Shown: positions 25,839-41,741, counted from the whole stretch's first letter. The stretch is DNA of 63,621 nt, filler included, from Collodictyon triciliatum (GCA_043381765.1; 9 parts of 9 records of this genome joined end to end with filler, not necessarily neighbours in it), one strand, 5' to 3'. The notes: a model not told the origin generated them from the sequence alone. Numbers and translations: made by a program.

Positions 25839-27335
25839 ATTGGATTATTCATCTAATGAAGCAAAAGCGGCGCCTGATTGGGACCAAGCTTTCAACTCCT
25901 TCGAGACACTGAATCTGCGCGAGGAACTCATCCGCGGTATCTACGTGTACGGTTTCGAGACTCCGATGACGATTCAGAGGCTCGCCCTTGGTCCTATTCT
26001 TGCGCGCCGTGACTGTATGATTCAGGCTGAGTCTAAAACGGGTAGAACAACCACATTTATCATCGCATTATTTGAACTAATTGACACCAGCTTGAAGAAA
26101 TCTCAGGCTATCATTCTTTTGTCCACTGAACAGCTCGCTCTTCAGGCTCACAAAGTGACGTTAAAATCATTACTAATATAATCATTAACACCTGTAATCC
26201 ATTTCGATTTCGAGCAACATTCACGCAACAGTTGGCTCATTCCTGAGACTTTCAGGTCGCTATTGCAATTGGGGAATATATCGATGCGAGTTGCCACGTC
26301 TGCGCCGAAGTTGCGAACGTATGGCATGATAGTGAGCACCTTGCTGCTGGAGCGCAGATTGTTATGGGAACTCCACTTGCAATTCAAGATATGATAAATC
26401 GTGGAGTCCTGGAGACCAGTAGCATCAAAGCCTTTGTCCTCGACGAGGTGGATGCAATTCTCTCATGCAGCTCTCTAGACCAGCTCATCAAAATCTCCCA
26501 AAACCTTCCCGATGCAGTCCAAGTTGTCCTCTCTTCACATTGGATGTCTGGTGAGGTCTTGGAGGTTGCTCAAAAAATTACGCACGACCCTATCCGCATA
26601 ACCGTAGATGAACCAAATTTGACACTTGATGGCGTCAGACAGTTTTACGTTGATGTAAGCCGTGAGGAGTGGAAACTGGACACTCTATTAGATCTCTTTG
26701 AGATTCTCCCACGTCAATCTATCCTCATTTACTGCAACGGTGGCAAAAAAGTTGACTGGCTCACTGAGAGAATTCGCATGGGCGAGTTTGCCGTCTCTGC
26801 CTTGGTTTGTTGTATATTTTTTTATTTGTATTTGTATTTGTATTTGTATTTTTAAATGTAATTTTTCCATAAGTTACATATGTTACTGCAACCTCATGGC
26901 CCTTTTCTTACCACAATATATTCCTTTCAAGCGCCACGACATGGACCAAACGGCACGTGATGTGGCTATGCGCGATTTCCGCTCGGGCTCTATTCAGATT
27001 TTGGTCACCACTATATCGCTTACGTACTTGATAAATGTGGCCATGATACCTCTGTGCATCAACTACGACCTTCCCACTAACAAGGAAAACTATCTTCGTG
27101 GAATCGGTCGTAGCGGTTGCTTTGGTCGAAAGTGTGTTGTCATCAATTTTGTTAGCAAGGAGGACTTCCCAGCCATCAAAGAGCTTGAAGAATTTTTCGG
27201 AACCATTATCGACGAGTTGCCCATGAATGTGAGTACACCAGAATATCATGTCCTAAACTAATATATATATATATATAGATGAATTACACAAACTAATCAG
27301 ACAAAATGCAATTACAGATTGCGGACATAATATAA
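25839..27335 (+). CDS. eIF4A-family DEAD-box protein with degenerate catalytic motifs; at least 4 exons, start uncertain
   Basis: SFETLNLREELIRGIYVYGFE, LTLDGVRQFYVDVSREEWKLDTLLDLFE, INYDLPTNKENY and the C-terminus LPMN|IADII* all match eIF4A. Introns at about 26155-26255, 26805-26931 and 27229-27317. Confidence 0.9.
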
Positions 27336-27503
27336 GAGATGACTGGTAGTTGCATTTTAGATGCCATGGTCTTTCATGTGATAAACAGAGGAGTATTATC
27401 CAGCCATTCAGTTACACTAATGATGAAAAAATAGACATAGTTTTTTTGTGTGTCTATCTTTGTTCCCTTTCTCTCTCCTTTCCTTTTTTTTTTTCCTTTC
27501 CTT

Positions 27504-27545
<42 letters not shown>

Positions 27546-28305
27546 TAAATCTTCATTCTCTCTGAAATACGTGGACGAGTCCAACCAAAGAAGAACGTAA
27601 GATGGTAGGAGGTTTCCCCTCCAGAGCTAGGACCCGCTTGAAAGGACAAAAGAGCCAAACCTCATAATCTACTACAACCAAAGACAAACCTTCCGACCCA
27701 GAGTTATCTACAGGCAAACGAAAACAAAAGACAATAAAGAAAAGCCAGCCCAGGTGGACACCCGACAATCAGTTGCCAGCGAAGAAACGGCGATGTCCAG
27801 ACATGGCCAGGCAATCCCCAACACAAAAGCCTCTCCTGCCAGAATCGCCTCTGAAATCATCGGCGGGAACTCTAACAAACATGTCAGGAAGGGGATTAAC
27901 TGTGGCATACCCGCTGCGAACACACAACCGAATGAGATGGAAGCAGAGAACTCGATGCAATCGGAAAGGTACCGCCCCTTAGAAGACACTCGGAGCGTTG
28001 AGCCCAGCGAGAGTCCGACACACAGAGCCATACGAGAATGCAAAGCCCTGACTAATATTTCTCTGTTTATTCGGTTCAAAGTGCATCAGAGTTTGGCCAA
28101 ACAAGGAAGTGAGATAGGTGCGCATGGTGGAGAGCAAACGCGAGTAGGAGAAGAGACTACTGCGAAGAAGTTAACACTGGAAAGAAATCAGTGATAGCGA
28201 GTTGGTCAGGTGGGCGGCCCAACTGGTTGATTAGCATTCAAGGATATTTATTCGGCCGCGTCATTCCAACTTTATGGAGTTAATATGTAGTTTCAGCACA
28301 ATGTC

Positions 28306-31300
28306 TCATAGTATAGACGATTCTTTTCTCTTTGTTTGGGCGTTTAGCTCTTCGACCCAGTCTTTGAAGGCAGTCTGTGCAGAGAAAGAAAGAGAGAGAA
28401 AGAGAGAGAAGTAAATCAAATAAGCCAACAATTTCCGACCGACACACGCGGTAAAATGTATGTAACTATGAGGGTAAATCCGTGCCTACAAACCTTATTT
28501 CTGAGTTCTCTTTAATGGAAAGCTCTCGCTGCTTTCTTGTAATTTGATCAATTATGGTGACTCCGTATCCCTGAAAGAAATCCTGTTGAGTATACAAATC
28601 TGACCTCTGTGTAATATTATGAATAGATGGACCAGGGATTATATAAAACGCCATCTTATGCAAACTTGTTGATGAAGGTATGCAGCAACGTCCGGTATGG
28701 GCATCTAATAGCGGTATGAAGCGTAATATTTTCAATATAATACAACTTAATGACGAAAGGCACTAGAGGAAACTAGTATCGCATATCGCATATAAAGCAA
28801 AGGCAGTATCATCCCTAAGACTCATCGAAATATTAAAAATCAATAGAGGAACTAGATTAGCCCAAAAAAAAAGAAGAAAAAACTATGATAATAAATTACG
28901 CCTTGGTGTTTTCTAAGATATTCTGCTCGGTCCCATACCTAAGTTGCTTAAATAGTGAAAGTGGGGCGGATAATGCAAGATGCACCGTATTCAAAATATA
29001 CAATATAAACTAAAAGCACAAAGAATAGCATAAACAAAAGGAATCAAAGTTAAAAGGACTCGTTACATAATCTGGAACAGGGGTGGTTGGGGCTAGCGGT
29101 TTTGGTGGAGCGTTGAAGTCGATATCCTGGTATAATCATATAATTATTCTAAAGTATGAAAAATGAATATTGCGCACAACCATCCCTCGGTCCTGCACAA
29201 AAGTTGAAAGGAAGAATAAAAATAAAAAAAAAATTGCGCACAACCATCCCGAGCAAAAGAGAGAGGGATACTATATCCTAAAACATACATCCAACGAATC
29301 ACGCTGGTGGTCTCTCTCCTCATCTATTTGGTAAGGAGAAACGCGATTTCCATGGACATAATAGTAGTTATCTGAAAGTATATGCATGTAATAATGGAGA
29401 TTGTTAAACGATACAGGCGATTCGATTCGGTTCTTTGCAGCAGAAATAAAATTCAGATTCTCATGGGGAATGGTTTAGCTAGTGAAGACAGGAAACCTGG
29501 AGAATCATGATGAGGGATCCCAAATCGTCCGCTCCAACTAGGGTTTTTTGACATTGGGGGTGTGGTCTGGTCGAACAATGGAGAATAAGTATGTTTTTCT
29601 TTCTTAAATGAGCTTATTTACCCCTACATTATTGATGATAGTAGAGGAGATATCATGTATATTTTTCACTTTACTGCGGAGCTATGGTACGATTGTGGAG
29701 ATGTAGCAAGCAGGTTTTCGGTCATCTTCGAATGGTTGTTATCGGCTGGGCTATATAAAGTAAGAACATACAATATGTTATGCTGAAGTTATACCAGAGG
29801 GTTTAGATCAGCTATCGCACGAGATATTTTATAAAATATAGACACACCTCAGCACTTTCGTGTTAGACTCTGATTCATCTTCATCATCTTCGTCATCAAG
29901 CAAATCTTCATTCAGCATAAAGTCTTCTGAAAAATCCCTGAACGATATATTCATATTTGTAACGAAATTACTATTTCGACCATAGGATTTTATTTCCCTT
30001 TATTCGATTCAGAGATTTCAATTATAGGATGAGGTTTTCAATTAACTCACATCACCCCTATCTGTCGGCGATGCATCTGCCGTCGCAGTGACTCTGTGGC
30101 GATCGTGTCTCTGGAATGATTTTCTTCTCTTGATTCCTATTAGATTAAGAAAAAAAAAAAGGCCCCGATTACTATTACGAAAAAAATATAATCAGCTGAA
30201 GTGGTATGATGCATGCTTCCTTCTTTTTTTTTTATTTTTATTTATGTATTTCTTTCCCTTATAGCTTGAGTACATTGAAGTTTCGACAGTTAGAGAGTAT
30301 GAATGCAAAGCAACAAAGCAACAATCGAGCTACTCTATAAATTATTTCCTTTTTGAATTTGAAGGATATATTTCCGGTACCTTCCACATGATTAATAAGC
30401 CATCTGCGCCTGCACTGACAAATTGAAATTCATTACATGCCAGAAGAGCATTTACGGCGCCACTATGGCCAGTCAAATCTACAAAATCGTTTAGAAGATA
30501 TCAACCATAATATCTGCATTGAAAAAAATCCTTCAGTTATCAATATTCCAATATAAAGTAAATTGTACAAACAAAAAACAAAAAACAAAAAAACCTGCGA
30601 TCATAACAGCTTTTTTTGTGTGAGTCGAGCGGTCTCTACTGAGAATCGAGTTGGTAACGACTGTTTTGATGGACCAAATTCTTATCTTTGAGTCCACGGA
30701 GCAAGTTACAATACGGGACCTACCAAACAAACAAACAAACAAACAAACAAACAAACAAACAAACAAACAAACAAACAAACAAACAAACAAACAAACAAAC
30801 AAACATACAAACAAACATACAAACAAACAAACAAACAAAAGAATAATACCAAAATAATAAAAGATAAATATAAATTATAACTTCGTAAAAAGCTCGAATA
30901 AAAATTATACATACTTGTCTCCAAAAGGAATAACATGCATAACTTCAGCTTCATGGGCATCCATCTTCTCCAATTCAGTATCGCCTGTAAGTGTGTTAAA
31001 AATTCCAAATCCGTAGCCAACTGTTGCGACGATGCAACCCTATACATCCAATTATTTATTTTTTTTAAAATATTGCCAAAGTTAAAATTGTAAAGATGGT
31101 GCGAAACGAGGCAATTTCTTTACTTTTATTAAATACCATAAAATATTGCAAATAAATATACAATTAATTAGTCATGAGACCACATACCTCCTTATACGGC
31201 GCCATGGAACGAACACTATATTTGTATAGTTTTGTGCTGTCTCTGTAAACCTCGTGGCGATTTAAAGTGCGGACGGCTGTCAGTGTCTCAGAGTTCCATA

Positions 31301-33122
31301 CACAAATAACACCATCCAAAGATGCCGACAAGAATACTTGCTCTATACCGATTGACAAAAAAATAAGTACAGAGTGATTAGAGATGTACCCACATGCAAA
31401 TACAAATATGATCACTCAACGTGATTCCAAAAAAGAGAAAATCATGAAGAAAAAGAGAAGAAATTACGATTCTTGTAAAGGGAGATAATATGTGTTTTTG
31501 GGATCATATAGACGGAATTAGAGCACAATCACAGCCAGTGTCACCATTTATTTCCAAAAGACAGCGGACTGACTCTCGATGAACCACTAGAAGTCGATCG
31601 TGTGTCCGCGTATCGGTTTTATAAACCACTATGTGTGAATCGGTAAGTTTTCTACCACACAATATTGCTTTTCTTTTTTTCAGGGAAGCACGATATGGTC
31701 AATCATAGTGATCATTTTAATGCGGTTCTTAAAATTCTGTGGAACATACATAGTAATGATGAATTGGAGCCTGTCACAACCTTCTCATTTCTTATTGGCA
31801 AAAGACAGTACAAATCTGATGATAGTTTGAAAAATTGTCACACATGCATTTTTTTTTTATGGTGCTGTTCTCTAAAGCTTCACGATTTCACATAGTGGAA
31901 TAAAGGACTACTTTCCTCTTCCTGCCGCTCGATATGGCCATATCGTTTCCCGTCAGTTTTCCACATATACAGTTTCCGGTCGTTACCACCAGATATGAAC
32001 TTGGTTTGATCCATAGCATGTAGACACTTGATATTATCCATGTTAAAAAAATCAGAATATCATATACTAATATGTTAGCTCCAGCATATATTTTTATGGA
32101 GAAGTGAAGTGCAGGTTGAGTCACAAACTGTAACACTCCCATCGTGTGCCTGTAGAATGTGCAAACATTTTCCAGTTGTTGTGTCCCACACCTTGATACA
32201 TGTTATGAATTTTAGAAACAAAATTGAAATGTATGTATAGCCAATTATTTTTTATGATTATAATTTATGTACAGTTTGATTCAGTTTTCAATGTGATTTT
32301 CTTTTATATCGGAATACATCCAAGAACACAATTTTGAGCGTAAACGAGATGCGTTTAAATCTACAGAAGCTGGGAAATAGAGGGGAACTATTTAAAAGCA
32401 TACCCTAATGGACTTATCTGATGATCCGGTTATCAAAAAATGCGGCTCCATAAAAATCATACATGTGACTGGCCTCGTGTGTCCACTCAGGCGAAATAAT
32501 TTCTCGCCACTGAGTGAGCACCAAATGATTACGGTGGAATCATCAGAGGCAGAGGCAATCCTTGATTATATAAAAGATCATATCATGGACAATCTTTTGA
32601 CGATAATCAACACATATAAACTAGATATTTTCATCAATATTTTCACGATTTCCACACAACCAGATTTAACCAGATTTAACCAGATTAAACCAGATTAAAC
32701 CAGATTAAACCAGATTAAACCAGATTAAACCAGATTAAACCAGATTAAACCAGATTAAACTAGAGTAAACTAGGTCTTTTTTTTTTTTTTGGAGTATAGG
32801 GGTTTTCTTTTTTTTTTTTCTTCTTCGTAAATTGGTCCACAGTGAGTCGGTCCATAGTAGAGAATCACCCATCCAAGAAGGCGAATATGACACATCACTG
32901 CAATATAATCTTCTGATGGAATAGGCCATGTGTGAAAAATAGACTGTACCTATGCTCGTCAACCTTGATAACACAGCGAACGATGTCTTCGTGACCGATC
33001 AGCAGCCGCACATCTCGTGAACGGGACAGCGCTTCTTCATCCTCCTCCAATTCGGTGCGATCCTCGGGATTGGCCAGGTCGTCCTTCCCGTAGAGAGACT
33101 CTTTGCTTCCTTGTTGCCCCAT
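28306..33122 (-). CDS. WDR41: WD repeat protein, WDR41-like, with a C-terminal extension; multi-exon
   Basis: GHEDIVRCVIKVDEHR|IASASDDSTVIIWCSLSGEKLFRLSGH parallels WDR41 (HHDIVRFLVQLDDYRFASAGDDG.V.VW...TGEKL..L.GH), with a later SGGND. The N-terminus is MGQQGS. The last exon reads TAFKDWVEELNAQTKRKESSIL*. Confidence 0.75.
29169..29250 (+). mobile_element. 46-bp 5'-truncated retroelement 3' end with A-tail and a perfect 18-bp target-site duplication, inside a WDR41 intron
   Basis: ATTGCGCACAACCATCCC at 29169-29186 and again at 29233-29250 flanks TCGGTCCTGCACAAAAGTTGAAAGGAAGAATAAAAATAAAAAAAAA. Confidence 0.88.
30725..30838 (+). repeat. (AAAC)n microsatellite, intronic
   Basis: Seen directly in the sequence. 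Confidence 0.95.
32659..32760 (+). repeat. (CCAGATTAAA)n 10-bp minisatellite, intronic
   Basis: About 10 copies seen directly. Confidence 0.95.
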
Positions 33123-33378
33123 TTTCCTGCCGTTCCCATTGCGTTAATGGCATCACAAAGTCCTGATAATCACACTGTTTTTCACCAGAGATGATGCGGT
33201 CACAAAAGAAAAATAAAAAAATGAAAAAAGTGTGAAAAATGAAAAACCAAAAAACCAAAAAAACCAAAAAAACCAAAAAAACAAAATAAAAAAACCAAAA
33301 CCAAAAACAAAAAAACAAAAAAACAAAAACAAAAAAACAAAAACAAAAAACAAAAAACAAAAAACAAAAAACAAAAAA

Positions 33379-33478
33379 NNNNNNNNNNNNNNNNNNNNNN
33401 NNNNNNNNNNNNNNNNNNNNNNTTAATTAATTAANNNNNNNNNNNNNNNNNNNNNNNNNNNNNNNNNNNNNNNNNNNN
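33379..33478. other. Artificial contig linker
   Basis: N44-TTAATTAATTAA-N44. Confidence 0.98.
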
Positions 33479-33585
<107 letters not shown>

Positions 33586-33610
33586 TGCACATACAAATGC
33601 AAATGCAAAC

Positions 33611-36600
33611 CCATGAGGAAGGGAAGGTGTTTGTGCTGCATCGACAGGGATTAGATAAAATCCAAGCTTATGCTGTTCCTTCGGTACAAACTTTTCCTAA
33701 TGTCATAGAGAAAGGATTAAAATAGGTCAAACACAATTCTAAATTAATTTTAAATGATTTATGTTATTTTTTCTTTGATGATTTCAGTATTTTAATTTTC
33801 AAATATCTGACGAAGCAATACGTACATGAATCAAACAGTCGTCCACCCATTCAGGAATTACATTTTCATGGCCTTTAAAGTCACCAACACGAAAGCTTTG
33901 TGTGTATCCTTCTTCAGTGATAAAGACCTGAATTTCAGGCGGGAATGGCCACGGTGGGAGACTCTGTTGGAAGCATCAGGTTTATATATATTCTTATTTC
34001 ATATTGCCAAATGGCCTGCTTCCTTCTTCATTTTTAGTTCCTTCTTCTTTGTGGGTTATGTGTTTAACAGACTTACCTGACTGTTAATCTGGGTCACGGT
34101 AGATTGTGAGATGTTTGGTCCAGAAAGAGTTGAAGTTGGAGGATTGACTCCGTTGGGATTGAGCGCAGATGCCAGACTTGAGAATGATAAGGTGGCTGGG
34201 ATATCGGATGCCAGAGTGTTTTCTTCTTTCTTCACATCAGAGGAAGCCTGTGACTCTTCTGCTTCTTTGGATTTGTCAGAGCTTTTCGGGGGCGACTGTG
34301 ATGGCCTCTTTTCTGTGGTTGTATCTGTGGTTTTTTTCCCTTTGTTGGACTGAAACAGACTCAAAGAATATGATTTTGTAGGACTTGCTGCAGTTTTTGG
34401 ATTCTAAGGTGGTGAAGCAGAAGAAGAAATAAAGAAAGAAAATGTGAAACGGAAAAAAAAGAAGAGAGAAACGAGTAAGAAAAAATATGATCGCGTGTTT
34501 GTGATCCAATAAACTATGGATATTATAAATTTATGTGTATTGCCTGTGGTGTTTCCTGATTCTGCTTTGAACCTTCATTGCTTGAGTCATTTGATTTCTT
34601 TTCACCCAATAACGGATTCGCCCTCTTTGCCTCCGGTGCAGTTGTTTCAACATGTTGGTCACCTGGCATTGCCGGACTGCTTACCTGCGACGATGTTACA
34701 TCGCTCTTGGATGCAACAGGTGTACTTTCAAAGGTACTTTCTTTTTCTGTCATATTTGTCTCAGACTGTTGCAAGATCTGTTTCCGCCCGGCGAGCCATC
34801 CTGCAAATAAGCTTCGCAATGTTCGGTCTCCAAGATTGACTGGAATGTCATAATATATTTATTTGAGATTCTGATATATTATGGCATGTATCGATATAAA
34901 ATTATTACCAAATTGGTACAGGGTATATAAATAGATATTGGTTACTTTTAATATCTTCCCCATGGGGAACTTCAATGTCAGCATCTGTTGCATAGATTTC
35001 GGCATTGAAGCAAACATTGTTCTCCATATGAATACTGATGCTCTGTGCATGCAGTGAATAAATATTATAATTAACTAATTATTATTAGGAAATTTAAAAT
35101 TAGACGTAAAGATGTTTAGTAACGTTCCGATTTTCATAACGGTTTGAGGATTTCTTTCATAGAAGAAGACAAACTCCCATGCGAGTGTCAACAGTAAACC
35201 AGTTAGGCACGTGAAGTAAATCAATAGACATTTCGTCAACTTTAGAATCGAAATCAATCTTGCCATAATCTGCCACTTGAATACCCTGCGGAAAGTTATG
35301 ATTTAAAATTGAAAAATGAATTTGAGACATGAAGTACTAGTAGAGGAGACTTCGAGCAGACGACAACGTCGAAATAAGTTGCATTACTTTAGTGACATCC
35401 CACAACGCCACGAAGCCGTTTGTGTCGCTCGTAAGAACGTGTCTCTTATTATTGCATATTCTGTGCTTTATAATGCCTGGTTTTCCTAAGGTAATAATCG
35501 AATATATGAAGCAGGAAGGGTATCAAACAAAGAGTTCTGATACGAGGGGCTCTGATTACAAAAAAAAAAAAAAATTCGAGTAGAGGAAAAAAAAGCCTTG
35601 AATTGTCTCTGTCGGTACAGCCACAACAGGTACTAAATCAGCTTCAGTCTCCAAGACAGAGGAGCTAAAACTTGAAGGTGAAGCTGATACAGAGAGTGTA
35701 CTGCCTCTGCTCGAATTAACAGCAGACTGATTGTACTCCTATTTTTGTTCATTAATTTTTCGTAAGATAGAGACAGTACATTCAGAAAATTATGAATTTC
35801 AAGAAAATTAATCAAATACTCTTCTCTCTTTGATATCCGCATTACCCAAAAGCTGAATGACGACTCAGGGGTTGCTACCCATATACCACTCCAATTTTTG
35901 TTTGGAATGACCTTTTGAAGTATGATTTATGAGTTTTTTTTTTTTTTGCAGGGTATATACGGTCACATTATGCAAAGGCCTCTGCCATTTAACAAAAGGG
36001 AGTATTATATAAGCAAGAGGTCCAGTAAACAATATTAACGATACTACCTTGTGTACAAATGTGTGGAGCTTACATACAAGTACAGATGTTTTCGTCTTCA
36101 AATCTGTAACATACACACTCCCATCTCGAGAACCTGATAGTACTTTGAGAAAAGCTCCATCAGCGTATATTGACCAAACAGAATCTGTGTGTGGGTAAAA
36201 CGTTTGAACGCATCGCTGTTGACCAAGGTCCCACAACCGAATAGTTTGATCAGAACTCGCAGATACGCACTATGTTGTGAAACAATTCTTTCTTTAGATC
36301 GTTAAACAGCATGAAATTTCTTATCTTAGAGCAAATAGAAAATGAAATAAGATAAATGATAATATAGAACAGGGGTGTATAAGGAGATGACATGCACTAC
36401 AAACAGGAAAAGAAATTGTCTACCATTGAACCCTCTTGATTCAACAGAAGAGATCGAATATTGTCCCTGTGGCCTTTGAGCTTACAAATCTTACTGCCTG
36501 CACGCGGATCCCAGGCTCGGACAACCTTACAGAGCACCACAAGCGTATTGAATACAATGGCAATCATGTGCGATACGCGTTCCACCAGATGCAATATGTC

Positions 36601-38028
36601 ATGAAACTCATTTGTAAATTTATTTGATTTTTCTTATGTGCTAATAATATATAAAGAGCGAGAGGGAGGGAGAGCGAGAGCGAGAGACAAAAAAAAAACA
36701 TAGATCCGTACATTCTCCGCAGTTCCTGATACCAATACCGAACCGCTGGAGTTGCATGCCATGCTGTATACTGATTGCTTCAAGCAGACAGTCGGAGCTT
36801 AACGATGTCATTGTGTAGTTAGGAGAAAAAAAAACATCGCTCCTTGAGCAATAGGAATTGAGATTCGGCGTTTTGATTTACAAGGATAAATCATATAACT
36901 TTATGAATTGACCGTAGAAACATTTACCTGATGGGATTTTTAATGACCCAGTATTTTTGGCTGTTTCGATATCCCATAGGTGTATCATTTTGTCGAAACC
37001 TCCAGATGCAAACTATTAATTATCTATTTTATTCCAGTTTCAAACAAGATAAACAGATAATATGTGGGCAAACAAGAATTTATTTGATATTAGTACCTTT
37101 TCTACATCTCGTGCATATGCAAGACATCGAACATAATCTGTATGCTTGAAAATATCTGACTGAAAGTCGCCTGTAGTTGTATCCCACGACTTTATCAGAT
37201 GATCCGATGAACAGCTAATCACTGCATAGTTGGAATGTAGACATATGGATCAAAAGTAATATATCATCCTATTTTCTCTGTGATTGTATCATATAGAATC
37301 TTTGTATATTACAGCAAAGAGTTGACAAGAATTCGAAAGGGGTCAATCGATAAAGAAATGTTGCTACAATAAATGGAAAAGATTGACAAATTAGAGACAA
37401 AATATGTTGGAAAGCCGAAACGTACATGTTTTATCGTCCGAGCATAAAAATGCGTCGTTTACCCAATCAGCATGCCCCTCAAAACTTCGAGCAAAAGTTG
37501 TTTCCTAAGTAATTTTTTGAATAAATTAATAGGTATTTACACCCACGATAATAAAGAAGCTGAGAAGCTTCATATTACATACTTTGGCTTTGCTTATGTT
37601 CCATTCGATTATACTTCCGTCTCTCCCGCTGGAAAAGAGTCTGTTTCCCTAGTTAGATTTTAAAAATGAACAGCATGAAGATGGTCAGAAAATATCACAC
37701 CGGTGGAATATAAGAATAAAATAATTACAAAATCACAAATGAATAAAAAAAAATAACTCGGTATTCCAAGAAATAAAAAGAAGAGGAATAAGAAAGAAAT
37801 GATAGGCCCTTTTTCATTTTCATTTATTTATTTTGTCAAAATGAGTTATAGGCACTACAGCTCATAATCTAAGGCTAAGGCTAAGTCTAAACTTGGTAAT
37901 AGTGACTGCCCTACCGTCGAATCGAAACAAATATTATTAACGCCTAAACAGTGCTGTTGGACTGGTGATCGGATCACGTAGGAGACCCGAGGAAATGTTT
38001 TTCGAGTTGGTCGGGAAGTTGCATACAT
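33611..38028 (-). CDS. WDR48: WD repeat protein 48 / UAF1 (deubiquitinase cofactor), multi-exon, 3'-truncated
   Basis: [20 protein letters not shown]...[63 protein letters not shown] and KLGFYLIP match WDR48. Confidence 0.93.
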
Positions 38029-39307
38029 CCTGATTTTTTTTTAATTATTATTATTATTATTGCTTGCGTTGATCTTCCTTTCCCGCGGACAGGAGACGCG
38101 GGAACAGTGATATTATGGATGCTATGACTTTATTTTTGTTCGCTTTTGAGCCGACTTTTATTTTCCTGTCCTTTTAGAAACAAAAAAACAAGGGTGCTTT
38201 TTTTCTTTTCTATTTTCTATTCTCTATTTTCTAGTTTCTATTTTTTAGTTTATTTATTTGTTTACTTTTATAAAGCATTTCTTGTTTTTTTGGGTATTTA
38301 TTTGTTTGCTTTTATAAAGCATTTCTTGTTTTTTGGGGATCAGGTCGATCGTGCTTCTTTTCAAATCGATCAAAGCGCAGGTGAATCCTGCCACACATGT
38401 GGAAAAATCATTGTGATGATGTAGATTCATTTGTATAATTAAATACGGAAGGCGAATTCGTATATTTTTTTACTAATGTATAAGATATAATTATGTTAGA
38501 TATCGATCGAAAAAAATTACTGATTAAAAGATGAAATAAAGATATATAAACAATATAGAATATTTTCCACATTTGAGTATTTTTTCCATCCTCGCTCGAC
38601 CTGGAGCCGCGCTTGAGTTGGATACTTCTTTTCTTTCTATGTGACCAGGTTTGTCATGAAGTTAACTTTATCTGAATATAATTTGCCTCTGTGTTAACTG
38701 GAGCACTGGTCTGTCGGATGAGACGTTAAATCAGGGACTGATGAGCTCAGTCTGGACTCTTGCGGGATGTCAGAATCCTGCGACACGACGCCAAGGCAGC
38801 AAAGGACGGGATTTCAAAATGATGTACTTGGGCTCGCAGGACGTGGCTTTAGGGATGATTTTTATCTGCACAAACCCTTACAGCAAAAAGCCTTTATTTT
38901 GACAGCTGTCAGCAAAGCTAACTAAATGGTCGCGTCGCGGTACGTCACACCCCTGCGCTGTGTGGCAGTTTTCCGTGAAATTCTGGTTTTTCATCCCAGA
39001 TAACGTAACGAGGCGGGAAAAAGGAGAAGACAAACAATATAATAATAATTGAAAGAATGAAAATGAAACAAGGACTCTCGCGAAGATGGCTGGGAAGCAA
39101 ACTGCCCTTCAAACTCGTGCGCAAATGGCATCATAAAGCGATTTCCGGCTCCGGAATCGAGTGAGGGTGTGTGGGAATGGAGGGTTTTCTAGCGTGTGAT
39201 GTGGCAGAGGGAACGAATGAAAGTGCGAGCGGATTTCAGTTTCTGGGTCGAAGTAGAAAAGAAGCGCCCGGGTTTGTCTTTGATTCAAAATGCCCCGTTC
39301 GCAACAG

Positions 39308-41590
<2,283 letters not shown>

Positions 41591-41741
41591 TTTTCTTCTT
41601 CTTTTCTTCTTTTCTTCTTCTTTTCTTCTTCTTTTCTTCTTCTTTTCTTCTTCTTTTCTTCTTCTTTTCTTCTTCTTTTCTTCTTCTTTTCTTCTTCTTT
41701 TCTTCTTTTTTTCTTCTTTTTTTCTTCTTCTTTTTCTTTTT

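Noticed and set aside
32659..32760. CCAGATTAAA array as a CRISPR array
   Set aside because: Head-to-tail 10-mers without spacers, inside an intron.
38736..38760. CTGATGAG as a hammerhead ribozyme core
   Set aside because: No stem II followed by GAAA, and no stem III/cleavage triplet arrangement nearby.
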